Below are positions 31,320-41,853 of a stretch of 64,000 nucleotides of DNA, in pieces. Numbering within the stretch: the stretch's first letter is position 1; each line of letters begins with the position of its first letter. Where the stretch lies: NCBI GenBank assembly GCA_038897035.1, contig JAWAXF010000005.1:4648-68647 (forward strand), given 5' to 3'. A program made the translations under genes and the position numbers. Origin of the DNA: Candidatus Bathyarchaeia archaeon. Its GTDB lineage: Archaea > Thermoproteota > Bathyarchaeia > Bathyarchaeales > DTEX01. Below the pieces are notes generated by a model, which was not told the DNA's origin, ran no database searches, and saw only the letters and a program-made list of their open reading frames with translations.

Positions 31320-31819
31320 TTAAAAAAGTATCCGGGATATAAATATATTGTTGGAATTTAGATTACTATTAAGTTTTTACTTCTAATTCAAATTTAAGCC
31401 ATTTGTTGGGATATTTTCCATGATTCCAAGAGGCCATGGAGAGTATCCCACTTTGAATTTTAGAGAGTTCTTTATCTTCTACTGGTATGTGTCCGATGAT
31501 TTTCACCTCTCTTTTATTTGGAAAATAAATAGTGAAAAAATGCCATTCTAAATGGATTTAGAAACCACCCTCCCCCCTTTCTGTTTGGAGGCTGGTTTAA
31601 TGGTGTCACACTTGAAAGAAGCCCGAAAAAAGAACGAAAACTTAATTGCCTTAAGAATTCCAAGGGAGTTAAGTGTAACACTTAGGAAAATAGGCATAAA
31701 CCCGAAAGAAGCATTTTTAAAGGCGCTTTATGAAATAGCAAAAAGAAACAGCCTCAGCACGGCCTCGAAAAAAGAAAACCCAATTTTAAGCCCGTTTTTG
31801 AAAATGAGCATGAATTTTT

Positions 31820-31897
31820 GGTGCGGCCGCCGGGATTTGAACCCGGGTTGCCGGCGTGGCAGGCCGATGTCCTAGACCAGGCTAGACGACGGCCGCC
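31820..31897 (-). tRNA. tRNA-Gly(GCC), intron-less, encoded CCA
   Basis: Hand-folded. Acceptor GCGGCCG/CGGCCGC. Anticodon stem UCGGC/GCCGG, loop CU-GCC-AC. T-arm CCGGG-UUCAAAU-CCCGG, discriminator A, CCA. Confidence 0.85.
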
Positions 31898-32129
31898 CAT
31901 TATTCAAGTTACGTTTTAAGTTCCTCAAATATTAATCCTTTTTGGCATTCTCTCATCCCTTTTCTACTTAGAGTTCTGTAAAACTTATTATAGTTTATTC
32001 TTAAAAATTTTTAATCCTCATCATAATAGTTGTTGCGTTGATGTTCTTTAGTGTTTTTAGAGTGTGTATCGAAATGTTTTTATGTAAAAATTTACATTTC
32101 ATTGTTATAAAATACATTGTGTGATCCAT

Positions 32130-32912
32130 ATGAAAATCAACGCTAAAGAGGTAGCGTTAATAAGTGTTTTTGCCGCCTTGCAACTTATTATATCAAGGCT
32201 TCCCGGGATCCCCATATATGGTGTAGCTGAAGGGAGGATAGAGCCGCAGCTTATCCTAATGCCAGTTATGGGGCTTATTCTTGGACCGTGGGTCGGCGGA
32301 TTAGCGGCCTTTATAGGTAATTTCATTGCTTGGCTAATCCCAACAACAACCTTCTTTGGGATGCTTATGCTACCAACCGTACCAATTGGCACAATTGTAT
32401 GTGGTTCTCTCTCCAGATCGGGAAATAAATCAGATTGGAAATTGGCTGCCGCAATACTTGCCCTTCTCAACCTCCTCTGGTACCTCTCTCCACCAGGTCT
32501 CTTAGTACCATATTATCCAATCCTACATCTGCTGGCGCTAGCCCTTATACTATTGCTCCGAAGCAAAATATACAATTATATAAAATCTGATATTAAGAGG
32601 AAATTTGCCATAGGCGTAACGATTGCAGGTTTCAGTGGCATAATGGCTAATCATATGACCGGAAATCTAATTTATATCGTCTCGGTAAACTGGTTTGTTC
32701 AACTTAAGGGCATTAAGGATGCTCTTACTAGCCTTGGTTTCTCATGGCTAAAGTCAGGTCTTCCAAAGAATGACCCTACGGGTTTGGGAACGATCTTCAC
32801 AATATTCTTCCCAGTATCAGTTGTTGAAAGGATAATACTTACCATATTGTCCTCACTGATATGCATCGGCGTTGTCTACACGCTAAAGAGGAGCGGATTT
32901 ATGGAATTCTAG
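32130..32912 (+). CDS. Polytopic membrane protein (ECF-transporter S-component-like; tentative)
   Basis: Six or more hydrophobic helices. The N-terminus 'KEVALISVFAALQLIISRL' resembles substrate-capture components. No firm family call. Confidence 0.45.
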   Translation: MKINAKEVALISVFAALQLIISRLPGIPIYGVAEGRIEPQLILMPVMGLILGPWVGGLAAFIGNFIAWLIPTTTFFGMLMLPTVPIGTIVCGSLSRSGNKSDWKLAAAILALLNLLWYLSPPGLLVPYYPILHLLALALILLLRSKIYNYIKSDIKRKFAIGVTIAGFSGIMANHMTGNLIYIVSVNWFVQLKGIKDALTSLGFSWLKSGLPKNDPTGLGTIFTIFFPVSVVERIILTILSSLICIGVVYTLKRSGFMEF

Positions 32913-32966
32913 ACGCCCCACAAATTTTTATACCACCGTTTTTCTATATCCTTTTAGGGTCCTTTT

Positions 32967-33449
32967 ATGCCCATCAAAATATATCCATACGTGATTTTCC
33001 TTCCTAAGGGCAGTAAGTATGATGTTCTGAGGGCTATCTTTGGCTCCTCAGTCCCAATTGATATATTGAGATTTGCCCTAAGGAGGGGCTTTTCGGAGAA
33101 GATTTACCAGAAGGATTTAATTGATAGTTTAGGTTACTCAAACAAGACTATTATAGAGCACTTGAAGGCGCTTGTAAATCTTGGGATACTAAGCGAAGAT
33201 ATGGAGAAGAAGGAGGTGTCCGGAAGGACTACATGGCTTAAATCATATATGCTCACGGATCTGGGCAGGTGGTTCGCGCTCCTCTTAGTTGAAGAAGAGA
33301 ACCTCCCAAGAGAGAGGAAAATCGAAATTGTATATAATGTGTTTAGGTCTTATGTAAGGTGGATTAGTAAGACCGCTGAGAACCTAGGGATTGACAAGAA
33401 AGATCTCTTTAAAATATTTGATGAAGAGATGAATAAAATAGATTGCTAG
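32967..33449 (+). CDS. Winged-helix DNA-binding protein (putative transcriptional regulator)
   Basis: The central 'IYQKDLIDSLGYSNKTIIEHLKALVNLGIL' is HTH-like. 160 aa. Confidence 0.45.
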   Translation: MPIKIYPYVIFLPKGSKYDVLRAIFGSSVPIDILRFALRRGFSEKIYQKDLIDSLGYSNKTIIEHLKALVNLGILSEDMEKKEVSGRTTWLKSYMLTDLGRWFALLLVEEENLPRERKIEIVYNVFRSYVRWISKTAENLGIDKKDLFKIFDEEMNKIDC

Positions 33450-33521
33450 ACCGATTTCGCGAAAAATTAATTTCACTTTGAGCCATAGAAATAATTACGC
33501 TTGAGCGGGGATTCGATTCTT

Positions 33522-34865
33522 ATGGAGAGGTTCGATGTTATTGTTGTTGGCGCTGGATCGGCTGGCTGCGTGGCTGCCAAGACCGCCGCAAAGGCTGGCT
33601 TATCCGTTTGCCTAATCGATTATAAAGATGCCGGCTCCATCGGCGATAAGATTTGCGGAGACGCTATTGGTAAGCATCACTTCGATAACCTCGGTTTAGC
33701 CTACCCAAAAGGGGATGAGCTTGAAAGGAATATTGTGGGAATAGAGGTTTACTCACCGGACATGGAGACGGTCTTTAAGCTTAGCGGCGAAGGGCTCTAT
33801 GGCTTTATAGTGAATAGGCATGCCTTTGTGCAGAGGTTACTTAGGGAGGCCATGGACGCTGGAGCGATGCTACTCGATTCGATGCAAGTTATTAAGCCAA
33901 TAATAGAGAATGGATTTGTTAAAGGGGTTATTGCTAGGGATCGAAGAACGGATTCGAGGAGGAGGATTTTGGGGGGCGTGACGGTTGATGCGAGCGGCGT
34001 CTCCGCCGTGATAAGAAGAGAGCTCCCGCCGGAGATGGGGATAGAGACTGTCATAGATAGGGGGGATGAGGTTGTATGCTACAGGGAGATACGCGTTCTA
34101 GAAAATGAAGTTGATGAGCCGGAGTTCTGCAAGATATACCTTGACTTAAATATTGCCCCAGGAGGCTATTACTGGATCTTCCCGAAGAAGGGGAGTAAAG
34201 TTAATGTTGGGTTGGGTGTCGCGGCGGTTGGCGATTTCCCAAGTCCGAGGGAGCAGCTCTATAAGTTCGTCTTAAGTAGGCGGGTCTTCGAGAACTCCAC
34301 TCTAGTTCACGGCGGTGGCGGTATCGTCCCAACAAGGCGCCCACTCGACTCGTTTGTTGGCAATGGGGTAGTTATTATAGGCGATGCTGCATGTAATGTA
34401 AACCCTATTCATGGGGGAGGAATTGGTCCGTCAATGATGGCTGGAAAAATAGCTGGCGAGGTCATCTCTAATGCACTTAAAGATGGCGAGCCGACGATTA
34501 AGAGACTCTGGCCCATAAATGTGCAGTACATGAAAACTTATGGGGCGAAGCAGGCAGGACTGGACATTTTTAGGCTATTCTTGCAGAGCCTATCAAATGA
34601 AGAGATCAATTATGGAATGAGATATAAGATAATAAAGGAGGATGATGTACTAAAGGCGGGGCTTAAGGGGGATGTTCGCCTCAATATAACTGACGCTACG
34701 AGAAGAGCGTTTATGGGATTAGGCAGAATCTCCCTCTTAAGGAAATTGCATAGGATGACTAGGAAGTCAAAGGCCGTGAAAAGAATCTATGAAGAGTATC
34801 CCCAATCGCCTGAAGATATGCCCGAATGGAAGTTGAAAGTTAAGGCAATATGGGAAAATAAGTGA
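33522..34865 (+). CDS. Geranylgeranyl reductase family flavoprotein (digeranylgeranylglycerophospholipid reductase-like)
   Basis: FAD motif 'FDVIVVGAGSAGCVAAKTAAKAG', with 'CGDAIG' and 'VIIGDAA' motifs of the GGR family. Confidence 0.8.
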   Translation: MERFDVIVVGAGSAGCVAAKTAAKAGLSVCLIDYKDAGSIGDKICGDAIGKHHFDNLGLAYPKGDELERNIVGIEVYSPDMETVFKLSGEGLYGFIVNRHAFVQRLLREAMDAGAMLLDSMQVIKPIIENGFVKGVIARDRRTDSRRRILGGVTVDASGVSAVIRRELPPEMGIETVIDRGDEVVCYREIRVLENEVDEPEFCKIYLDLNIAPGGYYWIFPKKGSKVNVGLGVAAVGDFPSPREQLYKFVLSRRVFENSTLVHGGGGIVPTRRPLDSFVGNGVVIIGDAACNVNPIHGGGIGPSMMAGKIAGEVISNALKDGEPTIKRLWPINVQYMKTYGAKQAGLDIFRLFLQSLSNEEINYGMRYKIIKEDDVLKAGLKGDVRLNITDATRRAFMGLGRISLLRKLHRMTRKSKAVKRIYEEYPQSPEDMPEWKLKVKAIWENK

Positions 34866-34980
34866 ACGACCCTTTTAATTAGATTGTTATATTGAGTACA
34901 TTTTTGTTCACAAAAGTTTTAAATAGTACATAAGAACACTATTTACATCATCCTAAACATTTAGTTTAGGGTGAACTGGT

Positions 34981-36360
34981 ATGAGAAAAGTTCTCTTAGG
35001 CGAAGACGATGTTCCAAAGCAATGGTATAACATTCTCCCTGATCTCCCAAAACCCTTGCCTCCGCCAATAAATCCGGTAACAAGAGAACCCATCAGGCCA
35101 GAGGAATTAATGGCTCTTTTTCCAAAAGAATGCATCGTGCAGGAAGTTAGCCAAGAGCGGTGGATAAACATTCCGGAGGAAGTCCGCGAAATCTACATGC
35201 TCTGGAGGCCAACGCCGCTTTATAGAGCTATTGGTCTTGAAAGGGCTCTTAAGACTCCAGCAAAAATATATTATAAGCATGAGGGAGTTAGCCCGCCTGG
35301 CAGTCATAAGCCCAACACCGCTGTGGCGCAGGCCTATTATGCGATGAAGGAGGGGCTTAAGCGGTTAACAACTGAGACTGGTGCTGGGCAGTGGGGTTCA
35401 GCGTTAGCCTTCGGTTGCATGTTGTTCGGATTTAAGGCAACAGTATATATGGTTAAAGTCAGCTATAACCAGAAGCCTTATAGGCGCATTCTAATGGAAA
35501 TGTGGGGCGCAGACGTATATCCAAGCCCAAGCACAAATACTGAGAGTGGAAGAAAGATACTTAAAAATGATCCGGATAACCCTGGGAGTCTAGGTATAGC
35601 TATAAGCGAGGCGATAGAGGACGCCATAACGCACGAGGACGCTAAATACTCTCTTGGAAGCGTCTTAAACTTCGTGTTACTGCATCAAACGGTTGTGGGA
35701 TTAGAGGCTAAAAGGCAGATGGAGTTCATGGACGATTATCCAGACCTAATTATTGGGTGTATTGGTGGCGGAAGTAGCTTTTCGGGGCTCTTTTGGCCAT
35801 TCTATTATGATAAGGTTTCAGGCAGGGCTCCAAAAGAAGTTGAATTTCTGGCAGTGGAACCGACAGCATGTCCATCCATAACCAAGGGCTTCTACACTTA
35901 TGACCACGGGGACACCGCACGTCTGACACCGCTACTAAAAATGTATACTCTTGGGCACATGTTTATCCCGCCGCCGATACATGCTGGTGGCCTAAGATAT
36001 CATGGGAAGGCGCCAACCCTATGCCTACTAAGTAAAGAAGGTATTGTTAAGACAATAGCGTATAATCAGGTTGAGGTCTTCCAAGCAGCTCATCTATTCG
36101 CTAAGACGGAGGGTTTCCTACCAGCTCCTGAACCCAGCCACGCGATAAAAGCAGTCATAGATGAGGCGCTGAGGTGCAAGGAGACTGGAGAGGAGAAGAC
36201 AATACTATTCCTGCTATGCGGACACGGCCACTTTGACATGCAGGCTTTCAGCGATTACCTATCGGGAAAGCTAATGCCATATGAGTATCCGGAGGAGAAG
36301 GTTAGGGAAGCCGTGAAGAAATTAAAGGAGCTTTATCCGTGGCTTGAGATGGAACAATAA
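34981..36360 (+). CDS. trpB: TrpB2-type tryptophan synthase beta-like PLP enzyme
   Basis: '[19 protein letters not shown]' N-terminal extension typical of TrpB2, '[18 protein letters not shown]' PLP-lysine region and '[11 protein letters not shown]'. Confidence 0.85.
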   Translation: MRKVLLGEDDVPKQWYNILPDLPKPLPPPINPVTREPIRPEELMALFPKECIVQEVSQERWINIPEEVREIYMLWRPTPLYRAIGLERALKTPAKIYYKHEGVSPPGSHKPNTAVAQAYYAMKEGLKRLTTETGAGQWGSALAFGCMLFGFKATVYMVKVSYNQKPYRRILMEMWGADVYPSPSTNTESGRKILKNDPDNPGSLGIAISEAIEDAITHEDAKYSLGSVLNFVLLHQTVVGLEAKRQMEFMDDYPDLIIGCIGGGSSFSGLFWPFYYDKVSGRAPKEVEFLAVEPTACPSITKGFYTYDHGDTARLTPLLKMYTLGHMFIPPPIHAGGLRYHGKAPTLCLLSKEGIVKTIAYNQVEVFQAAHLFAKTEGFLPAPEPSHAIKAVIDEALRCKETGEEKTILFLLCGHGHFDMQAFSDYLSGKLMPYEYPEEKVREAVKKLKELYPWLEMEQ

Positions 36361-36596
36361 TGCGTATAAACGCTACTTACATCCCACCTTTTTAGAAGGC
36401 GACGAAAGCCATCCCGAGGACAGGTTATAGACATTAAAGTCTTTTCCCACCCTTGGTAAAAGCGTTAAGAGCAATACTTCAATTTTACCTTTACTTAACT
36501 TTTATATGTGAGAGGTCTAATGGGAATTTATGAGTGGTGGTTACGCTATATTTGAGAGTAAAGTTTGGCTTGGACAATGAAAGAGAAGATTGATGT

Positions 36597-37670
36597 ATGA
36601 TGAGAAGCGCAATAATTCTTGCTGGGGGTCAATCAAGAAGGTTTCAAAATGGAAGCGGCCGATGGGTTGATAAGGCTTTAGCAGAACTCTTTGGAAAGCC
36701 CCTCTTAGTACACATAGTAGAGAATGTGAAACTTGTTGTTGACGAGATTATAATATGCGTTAACAATGCTGCCAGAGGGTCCCATTATCTCAGGGTTTTA
36801 GAAAATTACTCAATCACGGATGTAAAGACTTGTGTTGATGCAAAGTTTCCACATGTTCAGGGGCCCTTTGCGGCCATTGCAACAGGCCTTAAGAAGTCGG
36901 GTGCAAACCATTGTGTGATACTTCCCTGTGATGCCCCTCTCATTAGGCCGTCTGTCATCGATTATCTATTGAAGCTTGTCGAGCATCTAGATATATGTGT
37001 GCCAATACATCCAGACGGAAACATTGAAGCGCTCTTCTTTTCGTGTAATAGGGTAAGGACTGCTGGGATTGCTGAATTGCTTTGTCTTCTGGGACGCAGC
37101 AAGCCAGTGGACATAATAAGGGCTTCCTCCAGAATAAAATTTGTCTCTACCATTAACGAATTAAAAAACCTGGATCCAGATTTCAGGAGCTTCATAAATA
37201 TAAATTTTAGATCGGATCTTGTTAACCTTCCGGTGAGGTTTTCAAAGGAGGGGCCTGTGACAAAAAGCATAGACTTAAACCTTATCCAACCATTATCTCC
37301 AGAGATATCTTCTTTAGAAAAAATTGCTAAAAAATATGCGGATGGGGAGTACTTGAATACAATTGATGGCATTTCAGAAACGTTAAGCATTTTTGAGAAG
37401 AGGGGCATTCATTTTTGGGCTGGGGTTCTCTGGGAAACTAAGGGAAGGATCTTCCATGCGTTAGCACTTAATGAGGAGAAAACTGGGAGAATTAAAGAAT
37501 ACTATGTTAACAGTAAAGTAGCGTTTGAAAGGGCTGCGCGCAAATACGCCGCAGAATCGGAAATTTACAAAAGCTGGCAGATAAAATTCCTGTTTGAGAA
37601 TGCGCGTGGAGACGAAATCTGGTGCCTAAACATGAGAGAGGAAATCGCTGCCCTGCTCTCAGGTGAATAA
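36597..37670 (+). CDS. mobA: MobA-like molybdenum/tungsten cofactor nucleotidyltransferase with C-terminal extension of unknown function
   Basis: N-terminal 'AIILAGGQSRRF' and 'ILPCDAPL' motifs of MobA. About 170 extra C-terminal residues with no recognised family. Confidence 0.65.
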   Translation: MMRSAIILAGGQSRRFQNGSGRWVDKALAELFGKPLLVHIVENVKLVVDEIIICVNNAARGSHYLRVLENYSITDVKTCVDAKFPHVQGPFAAIATGLKKSGANHCVILPCDAPLIRPSVIDYLLKLVEHLDICVPIHPDGNIEALFFSCNRVRTAGIAELLCLLGRSKPVDIIRASSRIKFVSTINELKNLDPDFRSFININFRSDLVNLPVRFSKEGPVTKSIDLNLIQPLSPEISSLEKIAKKYADGEYLNTIDGISETLSIFEKRGIHFWAGVLWETKGRIFHALALNEEKTGRIKEYYVNSKVAFERAARKYAAESEIYKSWQIKFLFENARGDEIWCLNMREEIAALLSGE

Positions 37671-37894
37671 ATAAACAATGATCATGCACCAGCCGCCCTT
37701 AAAATAGTTTCACTAAAGATGGTATGCAAAGGTAAACGTTAAATTAGAATTGAAGTTAGGGCAGATATTTCTGTTGGAGGTTTTAGCTGAGGATTTATCC
37801 GATGAGGAAAGCGGGTATTGCTAAAAATACTATAATGCATTAACCTAGTTTTTCTAAATAAGAATAAGAAATAATGAGGATTAGTATTCCTTAG

Positions 37895-38398
37895 CTAGGC
37901 TCTTAAAACTTCATAGAAGAGCTTCTTCACAGCGGATATTCTCGACTTCTGCGCTACAACATCTTTAGTCGTAAAGTCTAACGCCTTCTCGGGGCACCAC
38001 TCCACGCACTTTGGGGTTCCATTACATGTATCACATACAAAGACGACTTTCTTGTCTGGGTGTAGCATTATAGCTCCATAGTCACACGCTTCAATGCACC
38101 ATCCACATCCATTGCACTTGTCCTCATCAATAAGTATTATCCCTGTTTCCTCAGACTGCTTTAGGGCATCGCGTGGACATGATGCTACACATGGTGGATC
38201 TTCACATAGCCTGCATGCAAGGGACATATTCACTGTTAAGCCTAGCCTCACGATTCTTATGCGTGACTTTAGTGGATTAAATGACTTCTCCTTCTCGTAT
38301 GAGCATATATATTCGCATACTCCGCACCCAACACATTTATCTGGATCAACTGAAACGAACTTTCTTGCGTGTATAGATGGTTTAGCTATGCGTGACAT
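37895..38398 (-). CDS. 4Fe-4S polyferredoxin-like protein (AOR-associated)
   Basis: Multiple CX2CX2CX3C motifs ('CVGCGVCEYIC', 'CNGCGWCIEAC', ...). Immediately downstream of the AOR gene on the same strand. Confidence 0.75.
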   Translation of the reverse strand: MSRIAKPSIHARKFVSVDPDKCVGCGVCEYICSYEKEKSFNPLKSRIRIVRLGLTVNMSLACRLCEDPPCVASCPRDALKQSEETGIILIDEDKCNGCGWCIEACDYGAIMLHPDKKVVFVCDTCNGTPKCVEWCPEKALDFTTKDVVAQKSRISAVKKLFYEVLRA

Positions 38399-38419
38399 GC
38401 CCTCTCCCTCCCCATACTA

Positions 38420-40273
38420 CTAAACCTTTCTCTCAACTATGTAGGCTAAATCCTCTAGACCCAGCTCCTTAATCTTTTCGAGTGTTGGAACGCCGTCCTT
38501 AGTCCAGCCCCTATGTATATAGTAATCATCAAGCATAAAGTCCAGTTCTTCCTGAGTTATGTAAGAACCCTTCGATACTGTTTCGTCGGGAATTGGTGCC
38601 GTCATGACCTTAATTGGTAAATGATCATCTTTCCTTGAGAGACCCTCTCTGATATTAGCTAGTCTTGCCAGGTTGCTCAGTCTCTCGCCAGCTCTCTTAA
38701 GCTCCTCGGCTGTCATCTCCATACCTGTTACAAGCGTATAGTACTTCGCTAGATCCTCAAATCCCTTATAATAAACTCCTCTAGAGAACTTACAGACGAT
38801 TAGTGAGTCAATTATCATGTATAGGTCCTCTATCTCAATAACTAATTTAGATCTGCCCTTTTCAAACTTGAACCTATCAACTTTTCCAGCTATGTCTAGG
38901 GCGTATGCTCCATGTCTATTGTGGTCCGCGCCTCTAAAGGATACCGCGTAGCCTAAGGCTGCTGTCTTTAGACCCCTAATATCATAGCCAGTCATTTCAA
39001 CGCCCTTAATGTGGTTAGCAAGCTTTTCAGCGCCCTTACCAATAAGTTCAGCAGCCCTCTTAACGCCCTCAGCTAATATATTGCCTAGCCCCTCACGCAT
39101 ACCCATCATTTCAACGAGCTTAATCATGGCTTCAGCATTGCCGAACTTTAAGTCCAGTCCACCAGTGTCTTCCTTAGTCAATATTCCATGCTCATAGCAA
39201 TCCATGGCGAAACCAGCAATGACACCAGCGGATATTGCATCCATACCATAGTAGTTGCATAGATCTATGGCCTTGACTATTGCGTCCATTCTATCTACGC
39301 CGCAGTGAGGGCCGAAGGCCCAGAGGGGCTCATACTCAACCCTCGCCATCGTCCCCTTATATGGTCCCTCGGGCACGACCGCAATATGCTCGCACCTCAT
39401 TGCGCATGATGAGCAACCATTAATCTTAGTGACGAAGCGCATATTCAGGTATTCGCCACTAACTCTCTCAGCGCCCTCAAAGATGGCGTTTGTGAAGTTT
39501 CTTGTTGGCAGGCAGCCAAGAGAGTTGTGGACCAGAACGTTCTGTGGCGTTCCAAGGGTCCTGTACTTGACAGTTGCGGGTCCCTTCATCCTCTCGTGCA
39601 GAATTTTAACGAACTCTAGGAACTCTTCAGGCTTAGCCACGGAAACGTCTTTTGTGCCCCTAACGGCTATGGCTTTAAGGTTCTTTGAGCCCATAACCGC
39701 GCCTAGGCCGCATCTCCCAGCAGCCCTTGTTTTATCATTTATTATACATGCGATCCTAGAGAGCTTCTCTCCAGCAGGACCTATGCTTGCTAGCCGAATG
39801 TAATAGTCGCCCAGCTCTTCCCTTATAATATCCTCGGTCTCCTGCGGGGATTTGCCCCAGAGGTGCTTGGCATCCATTATCTGTACGCTGTCGTCGTCTA
39901 TCCAGACATAAACTGGCTTTTCAGATTTGCCCTCAAATATGACTGAGTCATAACCAGCCCTCTTAAGCTCGGCTCCAAAGAAGCCGTGCGATTTAGCCTC
40001 AGCAATACCATAGGTCTGCGGGGACTTAGAGACAAAAGCATGTCCATTACCACCTGTCGGAGCGATGGTTCCACTTAACGGACCCGTCGTAAGGACTAGG
40101 GGGTTCTCCGGACTAAATGGATCGAGACCAGGCTTACTATTGTCAAGCCATAAGCGTATGCCTAAACCTATCCCTCCAATGTACTTTTTAGCAGTTTCTT
40201 CCTTCAGCGGTTCCGTTTTGATATTCCCCGTCGATAAGTTTATTCTGAGGATTCTGCCGGCATACCCAAACAA
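38420..40273 (-). CDS. aor: Tungsten-containing aldehyde:ferredoxin oxidoreductase family
   Basis: 'FGYAGRILRINLSTG' N-terminus and 617 aa, with AOR-family blocks ('GGIGLG', 'DxxxCxFxxxP'-type 'CKFSRG'). The N-terminal AFOR_N-like region is followed by the large C-terminal domain. TTG start. Confidence 0.85.
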   Translation of the reverse strand: MFGYAGRILRINLSTGNIKTEPLKEETAKKYIGGIGLGIRLWLDNSKPGLDPFSPENPLVLTTGPLSGTIAPTGGNGHAFVSKSPQTYGIAEAKSHGFFGAELKRAGYDSVIFEGKSEKPVYVWIDDDSVQIMDAKHLWGKSPQETEDIIREELGDYYIRLASIGPAGEKLSRIACIINDKTRAAGRCGLGAVMGSKNLKAIAVRGTKDVSVAKPEEFLEFVKILHERMKGPATVKYRTLGTPQNVLVHNSLGCLPTRNFTNAIFEGAERVSGEYLNMRFVTKINGCSSCAMRCEHIAVVPEGPYKGTMARVEYEPLWAFGPHCGVDRMDAIVKAIDLCNYYGMDAISAGVIAGFAMDCYEHGILTKEDTGGLDLKFGNAEAMIKLVEMMGMREGLGNILAEGVKRAAELIGKGAEKLANHIKGVEMTGYDIRGLKTAALGYAVSFRGADHNRHGAYALDIAGKVDRFKFEKGRSKLVIEIEDLYMIIDSLIVCKFSRGVYYKGFEDLAKYYTLVTGMEMTAEELKRAGERLSNLARLANIREGLSRKDDHLPIKVMTAPIPDETVSKGSYITQEELDFMLDDYYIHRGWTKDGVPTLEKIKELGLEDLAYIVERKV

Positions 40274-40850
40274 GGTCTCACCAACCCGCTTTTACCTATT
40301 CTTTCATGTTCGCATTATATTAAGGAAGATTTTTCAAATATTTATAGTTTAATTTTCTGCGAATTTAAATATACTCCCTCTTGGATTAGGCTTCCATGGT
40401 GCCAAAATGAGTTCTTCCTTGTACATATACAATGCGTCGTAAGAGGTGGAAATATTATAAGGAAAACCAACAAATCAAATGTGATACTCTATACTCTCTC
40501 GAAGTTTGCTCGTCTCCTGCGAGACTTGATTTTTCCTCTTTACAGTTCCATGTAAATCGTTCTTTATTGGATTGCGAAACGTATGCATAAGGGCTGTTAA
40601 GTTTATTTTTAATGGAACTATGCTTGAACTATAACTAAGTATTTCTTACTTTATTTAGCAAGGAATCTTTTCGTCTTTTACCCAAAAGCAGAAAACAGTA
40701 GCAAAAAAGATGTTTTAATATTTTTCTTCATTTTTCTTTCCCATTTTTATAAGAGTTGTCTTCGAACTACTAGAAAAAAGATAATAAAGTAAAATATTTC
40801 GATTAATCTCACCTCTTTTGGGATTAAAGAGTTTTGTGAGGTTGAATTTT

Positions 40851-41600
40851 ATGTTAAGTGATCTGACCGATGAGGTTAGGTCTCCAACTCACGCTGAAGA
40901 TTTAAAGTTTCGTTTAGCAACAGTTGATCTTCTTAGGACAGCTAAAAAGTATTACACCTATAGGGAACTAGCAGCTAAAACTAACTTGCCAGTAACTGTT
41001 TTAAGCCGGTATGTTAAGGGTCATGTTCTCCCAAATAAGGAGAGAGCGCAACATCTTTGGTGCATTCTCTCCAGGATGGTTGGAATTGAGAATGAATTTA
41101 GGAGGAGAATTAAATTTAACGATGATGGATACTTTGACAACACACTTTTAACTAGCGACATAATCCTCTTGAGACAGGCTGCGAACTATGCTGTGGCAAA
41201 GTTCGCCGGAAAGAGAATAACTAAAGTTCTAACAGCTGCTGTTGATGGTATCCCGTTAGCGACAATGGTTGCCAACGCTTTAGGCGTGAACCTCATTATT
41301 GCAAAGACAAGCAAAGAGGCCGGCATCTCATACTTCCTTGAGGAAACATATATTTTAAACGATTTAGGCTACGCGATAACATTCTATGTTCCAAAAGACT
41401 CTGTGAAAAAGCGTGACAGCGTGTTATTGGTTGATGGGGTAATAAAGAGTGGGGAAATACAAAAGGCACTACTAAATTTGATCTATAAAGCTAAAGCCGA
41501 GGTTGCGGGAATATTTGCAATGGTGTCCATGGGAGACTCATGGATCCATAAGGTAAAGATTCCATCAGAATGCCCAGTAGAAATAATCCTGAGACTATAA
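40851..41600 (+). CDS. HTH + phosphoribosyltransferase-domain protein (PRT-type regulator-like)
   Basis: The N-terminal 'YTYRELAAKTNLPVTVLSRYVKG' is HTH-like. The C-terminal PRTase-like part has 'VLLVDGVIKSGE' (PRPP loop analogue). Confidence 0.55.
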   Translation: MLSDLTDEVRSPTHAEDLKFRLATVDLLRTAKKYYTYRELAAKTNLPVTVLSRYVKGHVLPNKERAQHLWCILSRMVGIENEFRRRIKFNDDGYFDNTLLTSDIILLRQAANYAVAKFAGKRITKVLTAAVDGIPLATMVANALGVNLIIAKTSKEAGISYFLEETYILNDLGYAITFYVPKDSVKKRDSVLLVDGVIKSGEIQKALLNLIYKAKAEVAGIFAMVSMGDSWIHKVKIPSECPVEIILRL

Positions 41601-41621
41601 CCGAAAGCTATTGGGCGAAGT

Positions 41622-41786
41622 TTATCGTTTAGTCCTCTCTCTTTTCTTCCACCTTAAATTCCTACTTCTACATTTTCTGCATTTCTTGGCAGTTGGGGCA
41701 TTTCTGACTCCACAGTCTCTGCATATTTTCAAATATAGTCTCTTCTTCTGGGCGATGGTTCTTTTTAAGGGATCGACTAGAGGCAT
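41622..41786 (-). CDS. rpl40e: 50S ribosomal protein L40e (not in the supplied ORF track, 54 aa)
   Basis: Hand translation: MPLVDPLKRTIAQKKRLYLKICRDCGVRNAPTAKKCRKCRSRNLRWKKRERTKR. It has the L40e zinc-ribbon CX2C..CX2C pattern with a basic tail. Confidence 0.8.
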   Translation of the reverse strand: MPLVDPLKRTIAQKKRLYLKICRDCGVRNAPTAKKCRKCRSRNLRWKKRERTKR

Positions 41787-41853
41787 TATGATCAGCCCTT
41801 AATTAAATAATTAAATCAAAAAATTGCTGCGGATAAAAATATGCTTTTTGGTT

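Noticed and set aside
31552-31875. The 107-aa ORF as a confident CDS, such as an RHH regulator or an integrase N-fragment.
   Set aside because: Its 3' third is antisense to tRNA-Gly, and its tail ('CGRRDLNPGCRRGRPMS') is simply the tRNA complement. No family motif was recognised. It is kept only as a low-interest observation.
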